64,000 nucleotides of DNA from Anthoceros angustus (Eukaryota; Plantae; Anthocerotophyta), in the NCBI GenBank assembly GCA_010909165.1, contig VJWM01000108.1:806001-870000 (forward strand), given 5' to 3'. Positions 26,270 through 38,651 of the stretch are shown here, piece by piece. Both the position numbers and the translations under genes were made by a program. How positions within the stretch are numbered: position 1 is the stretch's first letter; every line of letters starts with the position of its first letter. Under the pieces are notes generated by a model. The model was not told where the DNA came from. It saw only the letters and a program-made list of their open reading frames with translations, and made no database searches.

Positions 26270-27530
26270 AGCTACTTCCAAATGCCTATAGGCTTGAAGC
26301 AGCTCAATAGAATTCTCAACAGTTGATAATGAATATGATTACTTTGCTTCCACAAGGGAAGTAATCGTTGTAGCTATGTTGTAGCTATGTGATGCTCTCT
26401 AGGTCGCTCATCTGGTGGGGCTATGTGTATTTGTTCTGTCACTAGGAGTTGTAACAGCTTATGTCACTAGGAGTTGTAACAGCTTATGAAGTGCTTAGGA
26501 GTGCAATTATGTATGAGCACAGCGTTACAGATGGATCAACAGAGAGGGTGAACAGAATCCAAGAAGAATACTTACAACACTATGTACTGATGGACCAGCA
26601 AGACTGGAGTAATTATCTTGAGGTGGAAGAGTTTTGTCATAATGACATTGTATATAACTCCATATGCTATACACCTTTTCAGATGACATGGCCAATTTCA
26701 TATGGCTCGGTCACCATCAACCCATCAGTCGTTCTGTTGAATAAACGGCACGAAGATGAACAAAGTTTGGTTTAGCTGCGCCACGGTCGAGCCAAAACAT
26801 GTGGGTGTAAAGACATCAACTATCCGTGTTCAAAGGCATAGAGAGCGTCAGCGGGGTCTTGACTGTAGTAGCTACTTCCAAATGCCTATAGGCTTGAAGC
26901 AGCTCAATAGAATTCTCAACAGTTGATAATGAATATGATTACTTTGCTTCCACAAGGGAAGTAATCGTTGTAGCTATGTTGTAGCTATGTGATGCTCTCT
27001 AGGTCGCTCATCTGGTGGGGCTATGTGTATTTGTTCTGTCACTAGGAGTTGTAACAGCTTATGAAGAGCTTAAGAGTGCATTTATGTATGAGCATAGCGT
27101 ACCACCCTGATACAGATGGATCAACAGAGAGGACACCCTGATACAGATGGGTCAAATGAGAGGGTGAACAGAATCCAAGAAGAATACTTACAACACTATG
27201 TACTGATGGACCAGCGAGACTGGAGTAATCATCTTGAGGATGAAGAGTTTTGTTTTAATGACATTGTATATAGTTCCATAGGCTACACACCTTTTCAGAT
27301 GACATGGCCAATTGACCTTGTTACCATATAAGTAGGTACCATTGGTTTTGCAGCTTCATATGGCTCGGTCACCATCAACCCATCGGAGTCGTTACGCTGC
27401 GAATAAACGGCACCAGAAGATGAACAAAGGGCTGGTTTAGCTGCTGCCCTGGTCAGGCCAAAACATGTGGGTGTAAAGACATCAACTATGCGTGTTCAAA
27501 GGCATAGAGAGCGTCAGCGGGGTCTTGCTG
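26270..27530 (+). mobile_element. Degenerate Ty3/gypsy integrase remnant, tandemly duplicated (~600-bp unit)
   Basis: HPDTDGSNERVNRIQEEYLQHYV…DWSNHL…EFCFN…IGYTPFQ resembles the gypsy integrase HPQTDGQ-ER-N…TGYTPF region. Confidence 0.75.
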
Positions 27531-27646
27531 TAGTTTCTGGTGTTTAGGAATGCTCTGTGCGTCGGAAGCAGGATGTGGCTTGCCAATTAGCGCACTAGTT
27601 CCTTGACCTTACAAGTTCATATACAGGGGAGTGTCGGAAAGACATT

Positions 27647-28108
27647 TTGGAGATGTTCAACTTTGCGCCATTGCTGAAGATGTACTGGCCAGCAGTTGCA
27701 AAGGATGCAAAAGAGCACCACCTTGGAGCATTGTTATTGAAGAATGTGCATGAGGCTTGCACAAACATGAAGGCAGTTCAAGTTGGAGACCATCTACGAG
27801 CAAGGAACACCCTGTTCAACGTCATCTTGTCTAAGGACATCCAAGGGAACCACCTGGTTTCAACACTTTCGCGGCACATTGGAGTGAGCAAAAGGCAGAT
27901 CCATCGAACCCCGGGCAGAAGGCAGGGAGTGCATGTTCCTCGTGAGAGAACTTGGTTGGGTGCTAGAAGGAAACCAAGGTTTTATATTCTTTCGTCGCTT
28001 GTCAAAGCCACCATAGTCCAGTTTTGGGAATTAGCATCCCGTCCGTCGTCAACATTAAGGATACAAAGCGACAGCAGACAACGCCTAAAACGTTCATCAA
28101 GCACATAA
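27647..28108 (+). mobile_element. Probable transposon-derived ORF remnant, family unassigned
   Basis: 153-aa ORF containing RKPR…LS…K.TIVQFW…SRPS, with no conserved domain I can name. Confidence 0.25.
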
Positions 28109-28830
28109 TGCACTTTCATGTCGTAGGTGCGTGTGTAGACATATAGTTGCAGATTATGTTTTAGGGTCAGCTTGGGCATCTAAACATTAAAATGCAATAC
28201 TGTTTTGGGGTTATGGGTTGAACGTGGTTCCTTGTCCAATCTGGTGAGATTTAAGTGTGCTATTTACACAGTCTGTTTTGGCAGAGTATCTATATTGGCA
28301 AAGGGTAAGCCACTGCTCCTTTTTGCTTTACGGTTGCTGGTGTTCATTGAGTGTTGCTGGTGGACCGTATGAAAATCGTATCGTGCGTTTGAGGTATGAC
28401 CATGTTTGTGTCCATATAGTGTTGGTCCTTGCATGCATGGTCTATTTGTGGGTGAGTTTGTGCTCAGCTTACATTCGCCCCCAATCAGGCCGAAGGCCAA
28501 AACTTTTAGAAACTTTCTTTTTTCTTTTCTTTGGGAAGGCATCCAAGAGGGAGAAGGGGGTATAGCCTGCTCCCCTGAATGAGCAAAATTTAGCAGAGAA
28601 TGAGCTTTGCGAAGCCTCTTCTCTCAAGCTTGATAGCCCACCCGGAAATCAGAGTAAAACTTTGTTGTTCCTGTGCATTCAGTGTTTGCGAGTGTCACGG
28701 AGCTGTGGTTTTAACAGCTGTTCGGCAAGTGTAGTGGTTTAGCTACCCCTGGTGAGTTCGTGCTTGGCCTGATCTTGTGCATTCACTATTTGCATAAGTG
28801 TCATGGAGCCGTGGAGTTCCTAATTGTTGG

Positions 28831-28980
28831 GCACATGTGGTGCTGGCTTAGGGACATGTGGTGCTGGTTTAGGGACATGTGGTGCTGGTTTAGGGACATG
28901 TGGTGCTGGTTTAGGGACATGTGGGACAGGTTTAGGGACATGTGGTACTGGTTTAGGGACATGTGGTGCTGGTGGCCACA
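28831..28980 (+). repeat. 21-bp minisatellite containing the plant telomere heptamer (TTTAGGGACATGTGGTGCTGG), ~6 copies
   Basis: Directly visible tandem units. Confidence 0.9.
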
Positions 28981-30043
28981 TGTGGTATTGCTGGCCATAT
29001 GCACATGGCGCTGCTGGCCACCGGAGTGGCCTCTAGGCTATAACCTGATGGCAAACTGTGCATGTGGCAACCTGGATACTTGCTTAACTGCTCACTTTGT
29101 TTGTGCATATGTGGGAATCTGGTCATGTGGCTGTTTCACCACTTGCTCACGTACCCTTTGAGCACTTTGTCACATGCTCCCATGTCAGCTTTTTGCCCAA
29201 GGTTGCCCTGAAGCTACGCTTATATGCTTTCACTTTGACATAATGTTTTAGGTTGATGTACTCATTCTTCTGGTGCATGTTCAGACAAAGTTCTACCTTC
29301 GATTTATTAAGAGCACATAGAAACACAAGTAGGGCAACGGTCATTTGAGAAGTTGAAGCCGTTTTTTGCACGGTGTTTGTGGCATTTATGGCAGCTAAAT
29401 AGGTACTACAAATACCGTAAATAGGCGTCAAGTGGCAGCAAGAGATGACCATCCTAGACCTTGTAGAATAAATGAAAAGAAATGTTCATATCGGGTCAAG
29501 GAGGTAGTACATGTGGTTTATAATGAATTTGTATCATGCATTTCATTTACAAGTAGCCTTGTAGGGCTCTTGGGCCCTTACAAAGAGATAGCCCATTAGG
29601 ACGTTGTCAAGAGGTTTTGAAGTAGCCCCGATGCACTTTTTACAATAAAGGTTCAAAAGTAGCTCCCGTGGGGCTCTTACACAGGCCGCCAAATAGGACT
29701 TTTTACGACTAACGGCCCCACGAGGACCATGAAATGCAGGACGGGTGACACCCCATACTAGGTAGTAGCCAATGTAGTCCTCCATAACCGATTGTCGTTC
29801 CAACCATATTTATTTAGTTTCAAAAGAATAATAATCTAACTAGTGGGATACATCATGAGAATATAATCCATCCATGATATATGAAAGATAATCTTCCCAG
29901 ATATATATATCTCTTATATATAATTTATTTATCATAGATGTGATACTCAATGACATCATATAATATCATATCCTATGGGTAGGGTGTATCTTGTATGGTA
30001 CACCGATATCGTCACCTAACGTTTTTCAACTATTTTTTGGACT

Positions 30044-30187
30044 CTACAGGGACCCTGTAGGTGTACTCTACAGGGACCCTGTAGGTGTACTCTACAGGCA
30101 CCCTGTAGGTGTACTCTATAGGGACCCTGTAGGTGTACTGTACAGGGACCCTGTAGGTGTACCCTGCAGGGAGCCTGTAGAGTACAT
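30044..30187. repeat. 24-bp palindromic tandem array, 6 copies (CTACAGGG-A-CCCTGTAG-GTGTACT)
   Basis: Units start at 30044, 30068 and every 24 bp to 30164. Each carries an 8-bp inverted repeat. Confidence 0.9.
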
Positions 30188-30267
30188 AGGTGTACGGTGG
30201 AACGGTTACGATTCAATGGGGGTGGGTTCACTGGCGCGAACGAAGTCTCCCGAGGTTCGGTGGCCTG

Positions 30268-30421
30268 ATGGGTGCGCCGTGGCCGCGGACCCGTCATGGG
30301 CCCAACAAATTGGTGTATGTACAGGGATTCTACCAGGAGCTCCCGCTCACCTCACCGTAGGGATTGAACGCGTGGCAAACAATCCAGCCCCCAGAGGCAT
30401 TTCCAGCGGTGGTCGTCGCCG

Positions 30422-30463
<42 letters not shown>

Positions 30464-33462
30464 CTTGTGGCGACAATTTTTTCTGGACCCTACCATGTGA
30501 TGGGACAACAGACGAGATAAGAAGAGCTTCCGTTCGCCTTACTTGCGGCGTAGAGGGTCCGGCGAGGTCTTCTGGTTGAACAACATGTTCAATCCAGCTT
30601 GGGTTGATGAGCAGCTCGTTTCCTTGGATATGCACATGGGTCATGGTGCCTCCCGTTCCGACTCCAGCTCAGTGTCAAACTTGGGGACGAGTCGACTGCA
30701 TACTTGGGGAACCATATATTGCGCATGTATGCACCTAGAGGTAGGCCAGAGGAGGTCATATGGATGTGTTCACCAGGGTAGGCAAACCAGATGTTTTCAC
30801 GTGGTCTTTCATCGTCTCTGCATATGCTAAGTGGAAGCTGCACGCCAGGTTTTTGACAGCATGGCCGAAAAGGATGTGGTGACATGGAACGCCCTGATAG
30901 CTGGGTATGCAAAATGTCGTAAACTGAAAGATGCACGCCACATTTTTGTTGACAGCATGAACACAAGGAATTGCCTTGATAGGTGGGTATGCCCAGCAAG
31001 GGCTCGGACATGAGGCACTCGTTCTGTATGGCCAGATGGAGCAGGAAGGCTTGCTTTTGGCTGACGATGTTACTTTTGCTTGCCTTCTGAAGGCCTGTGC
31101 AAGCACTGGTGCCTTGCAGAAGGGCAGGCAGCTGCACTCACAGACTGTAGAAAGAGGACTGCTGGATGACGTAGTGTTGGTTAACTGCCTGGTGGACATG
31201 TATGCAAAATGTGGTGAACAGAAAGTTGCACGCCAGGTTTTGGAAAGCTTGGCCTCGAAGGATGTGGTGACTTGGACCACCCTGATTGCTGGGTATGCAC
31301 AGCAAGGGCTTGGATATGAGGTGCTCGCTGTGTATGGACAGATGCAGCAGCAGCAGATGCACCAGGTGCATGAACAGACTTCTTTTGGCTAACCATGTGA
31401 CTTTTGCTCGCTTCCGAAGGCCTGTGGAAGCACTGGTGCCTTACATAGGGGCAGGGAGTTGCACTCCCAGATTGACAGAAGAGGATTGCTGGATGACGTA
31501 GTGGTGGGCACCTCCGTGGTCGACATATATGCAAAATGTGGTGAACTGGAAGATGCACGCCAGGTTTTTGACAGCTTGACCACAAAGAAGGTGGTGACGT
31601 GGAATGCCCTGATCGCTGGGTATGCACAGCAAGGACTCGGCCAAGAGGTGCCTGTTGTGTGTGGACAAATGCAGTAGGCTGGCCTCATTTTGGCTGACGA
31701 TGTCACTTTTACTTGCCTTCTGAAGGCCTGTGGAAGTACTGGTGCCTTACAAAAGGGCAGACAGCTGCACTCACTGATAGTCGAAAAAGGGCTGGTGGAT
31801 GACGTAGTAGTGGGTACCTGCCTGGTGGACATGTATGCCAAATGTGGCGAACTGGAAGATGCACGCCAGGTTTTTGACAGCATGAACACACAGAATGTGG
31901 TGACATGGAGCTCCCTGATATCTGGGTATGGTTCTTGTGATGAAGGTCACAAGGCACTAGCTTGTTTTGAGGAGATGTTTCATGCCGGTATTCAGCATAA
32001 TGATGCTACTTTTGGTTGCGTTTTAGTGGCATACAGTCACGAGGGCCTGGTTGACGAGGGTCATGAGCACTTTGATTCCATGGCTGAACAGCATGGCATC
32101 AAACCTAGTATTGAGCATTACACCTGATTGATCTGCTTGGGCGTGCTGGCCATGTAGATGAGACAGAGAAGATGCTATTATCATGCAAGGGCCAAAGTAA
32201 TGTTGTGGGGTTGACGCCTTTGGCCGCATATGTGCTCATGGACAATGCCTACGCAGATACAGGTAGGTGGACCGATGTAGACAGGATTGAAACACACACA
32301 AGGGCAGCAGGAGCTAACAAGGAACCTGCAGGTTTGACCATTGAGGTGGATAAGCAGGTCCACAGATTTCTGGTGAAGTTAAGGTAGAGAGCACGAATGC
32401 CCGTCTGAAGCAGGAAGGAGGCCATGTACCTCACGGGAAGTTGGTTTTAAGCCACTGTCTGAGAAAGAGAAGGAAGACTTGCTTTGTGGGCACGCTGAGA
32501 AGTTCTAGGTGCAGCTTCCTCCTGCCAAACACGCAAAAATCATCCAGAAATACCTCCATGAACTTCCGCAGAAAATCTCGGAAGATAGCATTCACCACAC
32601 GCTGAAAAGTGGCAGGAGCGTTGCACAAGCCGAAAGGCAGCTTGGAATAAGCGTAAGTGCCCCAATCGGTTGTGAACGTAGTCTTGTCCTGATCCTCCCT
32701 CCTCAACGAAATCTGATTGTAACCCGAGTACCCATCTAGAAAACTGTACATTTCATGGCCAGCCACCGTGTCCAGCACGCTGTCCATGAAAGGCAAGGGG
32801 TGGTGGTCCTTCTTCGTTGCTTCATTAAGCTTCCTGAAATCCTGACACACCCGTACCTTCCCCTGTTGCTTCTTAGGTACAATTACAATGGGGGCGACCC
32901 ACTCACTGGTAAGCACCGGATAAATCACCCCGGCTTCCAAGTATTGGTCCAGCTGATCCTTGACGACCATAGAATACTTGGGATTCAGCCTGTATTGCTT
33001 GATCCTTCAGAGTGCCCTCCTTCAAATCAATTCGTGTATCCCAGTTCTTCCGAATTCGCCATGTCGTAATCTTGAAGGCAAACACATCGACATATTCTCT
33101 AAGGACCCTATAAAATTCTTCTTTTCTACCACTCCTAGGTGCACGGAGATCTTGACCACCTTCGGGCTCTAGCTCCAAGTCTTCTACAGCTGGATCTACA
33201 TAAGTCCCTTCCGGACTGCTACCTGCACTATTCCCTGATCCTTCGTCGGGAAAATCGCGATCATAGGCTCTACCCTTTGGCGTTTGGTCTCTTGTCCCAG
33301 TGGGACCCCTCTGGTGCTAACAAAGAGATTACGTGTGTGCAGTGACTGCCACAGTTCCACGGAGATCATGTCAAGACTTGAACAGAGAGACTTCGTTGTA
33401 AGGGATGGTTACTGGTGCATCGATTCGCCAATGGTTGTTGCACTTGTCAGAGTCGACCTTGA
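30268..33462 (+). pseudogene. PDF/PLS-PPR/DYW:KP locus F, a genuine pseudogene
   Basis: TGG>TGA in the PDF motif (TM*WDN), further in-frame stops, a deletion in E1/E2, and an RT fragment inside the DYW. It ends CTCQSRP*. Confidence 0.9.
32503..33269 (-). mobile_element. Ty3/gypsy reverse transcriptase fragment inserted in the DYW of locus F
   Basis: WVAPIVIVPKK…RVCQDFRKLNEAT…FLDGYSGYNQI…PFGLCNAPATFQR…FMEVFLDDFCVF. No LTR or TSD is present. Confidence 0.9.
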
Positions 33463-35854
33463 GAAAAATAACTGTTGTCCAGTCCTCAAGTTTGAACGCC
33501 AGAGAACATTACTTTTCTAATTTGAGGTGAACGTGCTCGCTTAACTCCATCCCTGTCCAAACTGAGACATGGACATGGGATGGCGAACACTTGATTCTGG
33601 CCACCGATTTCGAGGTGGGTAGGTTCTAAATAGGAACTATGTAGAACAGGTGAGGAAAAATGTCTGAACCCAAGTTGGAAGAGGAACTGAGAACTGAACA
33701 TGAAGTTCGAATAGATGGCTGAGAGCCTCGATTTATGAGCGACATGTGAAAGCGCCGAGACCTGCCTATTTCTTGGTACGAATTAAGAGAATCTGGTGAA
33801 TTTGGCGTGTATGGAGGGCCGAGGGTTTCGGGGTTTTGCGGCAGCAAAGATGTTGCGTATCGGGCCTCAAGTCGGCGGTGATGAGGACATCGAGGATGAG
33901 GCCGTCGAGGATGAGCACAGCTAGGATGAGGATAGCCAGGATTTCAGCGATGAAGAGACTTTCCAGAACGATGTGGAGAACGTGGAGTTCCGTGTCTCCT
34001 GGCTAGCTGAAAGCAGTGAAGTTACAAAGCCAGAGGCGCACGCCAAGTACTATCCCCATTTGTTGCTTTAACTGGTTGAGGATGAGCTTGGTGATGACGG
34101 CTCTACCAGCGCAGCAGCAGGCACTGTGGTGCACACTATGGTCTGTCAGACATTGCCGGAGGAAGTGGTGGAACAAGTGCTGCTGTGATTACCGGCGGCA
34201 GCGCAGGCCCGCTGCCGAGCTGTGTGCAAGAGAGAGTTCGAACGGCGCACATTTCTCCCGTCACTATTGCGGACCTCGTCGCCTTCCCTCTGCGGCACGA
34301 GGTCTTCTCTTTTCCGAAGGGGACCTGTAGTACAAAAGGACAAGTAGGACCACAGGGAGGAGGAAAATGGGCTCCTACAGTCAACCACTGTGAGGTGATG
34401 ATCATTTGCCAGACTACGGCACCTCGCAGTTGTGCCTTGCTACATTTCAGGGCCCCCCAGCCTGAACTCATCAGATGCCATGAACCAGCAGCAATGACGC
34501 TTTCAGAAGGAGCTCATCTGCACAGCTAGAATTTCGACTAGTACATATCCCTAGAAGCATTTTGCCAGGCAGGAAGGGCACATGCACTCGGTTTGTGGGA
34601 CAGAGTCTTTGATGAGCATGTTGACCTGTCACACCATGATGTACAGGAGTATGCAAGACCTGGAGATCATTGCCAGAGCAAGAAAACATACCCTGCATGG
34701 CAAGGTCACTTAGGCAGAAGTTCAACCTGTTCCCTAGTCAGTTTAGTACAGGTGCCCTTAGCTTACGTGGCCGGGCTGAACAATTTCTCGCCTTTCCAGC
34801 TATTTGCTTATTGTTGCTTGGCCATTGGCCGATCCAGCCAACAGTGGACCTGGATTTCTCAGCAGGCTCATGAGCTCTTGGTTATGGGTTGGAAGGTGGA
34901 AGGAGTCGACCATTCTTTGGCAGCACGCCTGCGCTCTCATCCCTCGACCTCGAGGGCTTTCCCCCCCATGTGTTATTAGCCCTTTTACCTATGATGTCCC
35001 CGTCCCGGGAATCCACGGGGATATCCCGCTATCCGAGACGCCCTTGTTGTTGCCAGGGGATTCTGGCCTTCATCAGGCCAGCATCTCCTGCTGTGCCATT
35101 TCTCTCTGCCCTTTCCTTGCCATTTTCTCTCTGCCTTCCCTTGCTATTTTCTCTCTGGCCTCCCTTGCCTCTACTTGGCAGGCCAAAAATACATATTGCG
35201 CCACGCGAAGCAAATCAATATCGACCAACGATAACGGAAATAACAAACCAATAACGAATCTGCAAGTCGCACTGAAACAGGAGAAGTAGGAGCAGAAGAA
35301 TCAGCGGAAGCATTCTTTCTGTGGGTCGGCATTGGGCATCGGGGCGGACGAAGCTGGTAGTCCAGGCCCTTGCGCCGGGCCGAACACCCTTTTGCAAGTC
35401 CAGTGCTCGCTCCCCTCAGCATCACGCTGTTGCGGAATTGGATTGGATGAGTGTGGTTTGAAGCCGAAACTGAGCTCCCGAGATGGCGTGGTGCGAGCTC
35501 CTCACCTGCTATGTTTCACCACCTAGGTGGTTACAGGGGCTGGAGCCCTACTGGCAGCCCCTTCCACTGCTGCAAAAGCTTGCCCTTGCTGAAAGTATAA
35601 CGGTGGACGGTTTCAAATTGTCAGGCCACAGTCTTTCCAGCGCTGGAGGCTAACAGACTCCAGTTCAGGCGGGGTTTATCAGATTGCAGAGAGATTTTGC
35701 ACAATGCCGACAACAACTCAGAACGGTCGTATGGTGTCAGGCTGGAAGTCCCACACTTCAACAAGCCCCACAAGTTGAAGGGCAGCGCGTCCAGCGCCTG
35801 ACTCTTCTACATTTAGGGTTAGGGTGTCTACTACTAGCTTGCCCGCGTGTTCTT

Positions 35855-36060
35855 CTCTGGGGTAGCTTGCTTTAGAGCCTTGCGAAAACCCTCTGGGCCA
35901 GCTGGCCCTAATGACTTGCGAAAACCCTCTGCGGTAGCTGGTTGTAGAGCCTTGCGAAAACCCTCTGGGGCAGCTGGCCGTAATGGCTTGCAAAAACCCT
36001 CTGGGGTAGCTGGTTCTAGAGGCTTGCGCAAACCTTCTGTGTAGCTGGTCTTAGAGGCTT
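35855..36060 (-). repeat. 36-bp tandem repeat, ~5.5 copies (12-aa EGFRKAL.PA.. on the minus strand)
   Basis: cttgcgaaaaccctctgg recurs at a 36-bp period. Confidence 0.8.
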
Positions 36061-37044
36061 GGGAGGGTTTCCTTCTGTTGGATGCGGTTCTTGTGCGCGC
36101 AGGGCCGCGAAGATCATCCGTTCTCTGCCCCATGCCTGGTGATGTATGTATCAAAGAAACTACTGACGTCCTTGCGGACAGCTGTGGAAACTTTATGCTG
36201 AAGGCCATCCTGTGTGTTGGGGAAGCAGCTATTCTTCTCTGTTGATTGGTTGTGAACCTCTTCCGGAAATGTTGTAGAAGGTGCTCGCTAGCCTGTGATG
36301 AAATGTTATCTTACCTACATTGCCTGAACCGCCATGTTGAGAAGATTGGATGACTTGAGGCCTGGCCACACCTGTTTGAAACGTGTAATAGAATTCTTGC
36401 GGGTTGGAGGCAAATGATGAATCTTGACTCACTTATTTTGTGAGAGCTGGAAATGTCGGTGATCTCTAACAACCAATAGATCCTCCTGAGCCTCCTACCG
36501 TGAATTAATGCGTCGGTTCGTCTGCGAAGTCTGATTCCTGCAGTTTGCAAAGCTTTCCGCCTCGCTGTCGAAGGCCATGGACGTGATGACAGTTGTAACT
36601 GATTTGCATTGATGCGAAATTACAGACTACAATTCCCTGATCCATAGAAGCCTTGGCAGTTGTGTCTTGTCTGCTATTCATTCGCCTTCGGAGATGAGGA
36701 GTCCGTAACTAGACTGGGGCTTATTTATTACACACAAGTGTCACGGGAAGCTCTTGTCAGATTCGCCGATCGGGGACCAGGTGCAGGCCTGGAATATGGC
36801 TGGGATCCAGTGGAATCGGGGGATGCGCTTGCCGGAGTGAGCTTGTTGTTTTATGTATGTACTGAGATGCTCTCGAGAGCCGTTTCGCAAGGGTTTTTGC
36901 AACCTCTCGCCAAATACAGCATTGATTTCAAAATTCTCTTTCTTCTGGCTGTGACCGTCTGGATTAGTGGTGTGATTTACCACAAATATACGTCGAAAAT
37001 GTTTATATTAAAAATTTTAATATGATATAGTCAAAAATATTGTT

Positions 37045-38177
37045 TGTAGAGCAAAAGTAACACCCCTTACTATGCGGCCAGTAACGAAGCGACAAGTGCT
37101 GGCTTCCCAGCAGTTTAGTCACTACACAGCCAGTAAGGAAGCAACAAGTGTTGGCTTCCCAGCAGTCTAGAACCTCGCCAATTCACTCCACAAGAGACTT
37201 GCACGATTCTCAGCGCTCTCAACCTCGCGACACAGCACTAGGTTCCAAGTAGCCCGCCGTCCACTGACGGCTCGCAGGCCACCTCCTCGAGGTGCTGCTC
37301 TTTATTGCAAGAATACAACGATGGAATCTGGCTATCTACGCCCTCTTTATTGCAAGAATACAACGATGGAATCGCTATCTCGCCTCTTTATTGCAAGAAT
37401 ACAACGATGGAATCGGCTATCTCACGCCCTCTTTATTGCAAGAATACAACGATGGAATCGGCTATCTACGCCTCTTTATTGCAAGAATACAACGATGGAA
37501 TCGGCTATCTCGCCCTCTTTATTGCAAGAATACAACGATGGAATCGGCTATCTCGCCTCTTTATTGCAAGAATACAACGATGGAATCGGCTATCTCGCCT
37601 CTTTATTGCAAGAATACAACGATGGAATCGGCTATCTACGCCTCTTTATTGCAAGAATACAACGATGGAATCGGCTATCTACGCCCTCTTTATTGCAAGA
37701 ATACAACGATGGAATCGGCTATCACGCCTCTTTATTGCAAGAATACAACGATGGAATCGGCTATCTCGCCCTCTTTATTGCAAGAATACAACGATGGAAT
37801 CTATCTACGCCTCTTTATTGCAAGAATACAACGATGGAATCGGCTATCTCGCCTCTTTATTGCAAGAATACAACGATGGAATGCTATCTACGCCCTCTTT
37901 ATTGCAAGAATACAACGATGGAATCGCCTATCTACGCCCTCTTTATTGCAAGAATACAACGATGGAATCTAGCTATCTACGCTCAAGCTCGCCTTGATTC
38001 CATGACAAGCTCACTAGCTAGCTCTCCACAGCTCTCTCAACATAAGGCTTGCAGCGCACACTTGCCCGCTCTCTCAAAGAGTGAGTCCCACTTGTTCCTC
38101 AAAGCCCTTCTCTAGCCCTTATATATCCCGCAGCCTAACCTTAACTAGGCAGCTGTTAAAATCTAGGGATTCTTACA
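37045..38177 (-). mobile_element. Solo-LTR-like element with an internal minisatellite
   Basis: The minus strand runs TGTAAG…TATATAA…AATAAA…CTCTACA and is homologous to the LTR-like repeat at 14767. It is flanked by a 103-bp direct repeat (36949-37052 and 38360-38462). Confidence 0.6.
37297..37983. repeat. ~43-bp minisatellite, 16 copies (ctctttattgcaagaatacaacgatggaatcggctatctacgc)
   Basis: A constant 31-bp core with a slightly variable tail; there are no unique spacers. Confidence 0.95.
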
Positions 38178-38651
38178 GACCACTGATCACTAAGAGTCCT
38201 CTCTAAGCAGCTCTTCATTTGTGGCTCTAGCAATTCCTCTCTAACAAGAGATTGCATGAAGCATGCAACACATGCATCTTCTTAACAGGACAGCTACTAA
38301 CTCAGCTTTTTACCTCTTTCAACTTTTCACCTTTCTATCTTGTTTCACCAGTACCGTTACTGTGACCGTCTGGATTAGTGGTGTGATTACCACAAATATA
38401 CGTTGAAAATATTTTTATTAAAAATTTTAATATGATATAGTCAAAAATATTGTTTGTAGAGCCTTTTATGGAGATCGGGATACAAGGACATAAAGAAATT
38501 CGTTTTGGGACTTAAAAACAACAACTCCAGAATCATAATTAATTTTCGTTACAACGTCTCTAGAGTTATAGTTAACTTTTGGTTTGCGATATACACTTCA
38601 CACTTAGATGTAAATGATTGACATATCAAGAAATAATAGCTCCTGAAATTA

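Noticed and set aside
30044-30187. Palindromic repeats as a CRISPR array
   Set aside because: The units are contiguous with no spacers.
33700-36600. Possible degenerate retroelement ORF1 region (acidic, charged and 12-aa repeats)
   Set aside because: No diagnostic motif could be reconstructed, so it is left unassigned apart from the 36-bp repeat.
37297-37983. CRISPR-like array (31-bp constant part plus a short variable part)
   Set aside because: The variable parts are noisy versions of one 12-nt sequence rather than unique spacers. There are no cas genes, the context is eukaryotic, and the array lies inside an LTR-like element.
37292-38115. Three ~230-260-aa repetitive ORFs
   Set aside because: They are translations of the 43-bp minisatellite.
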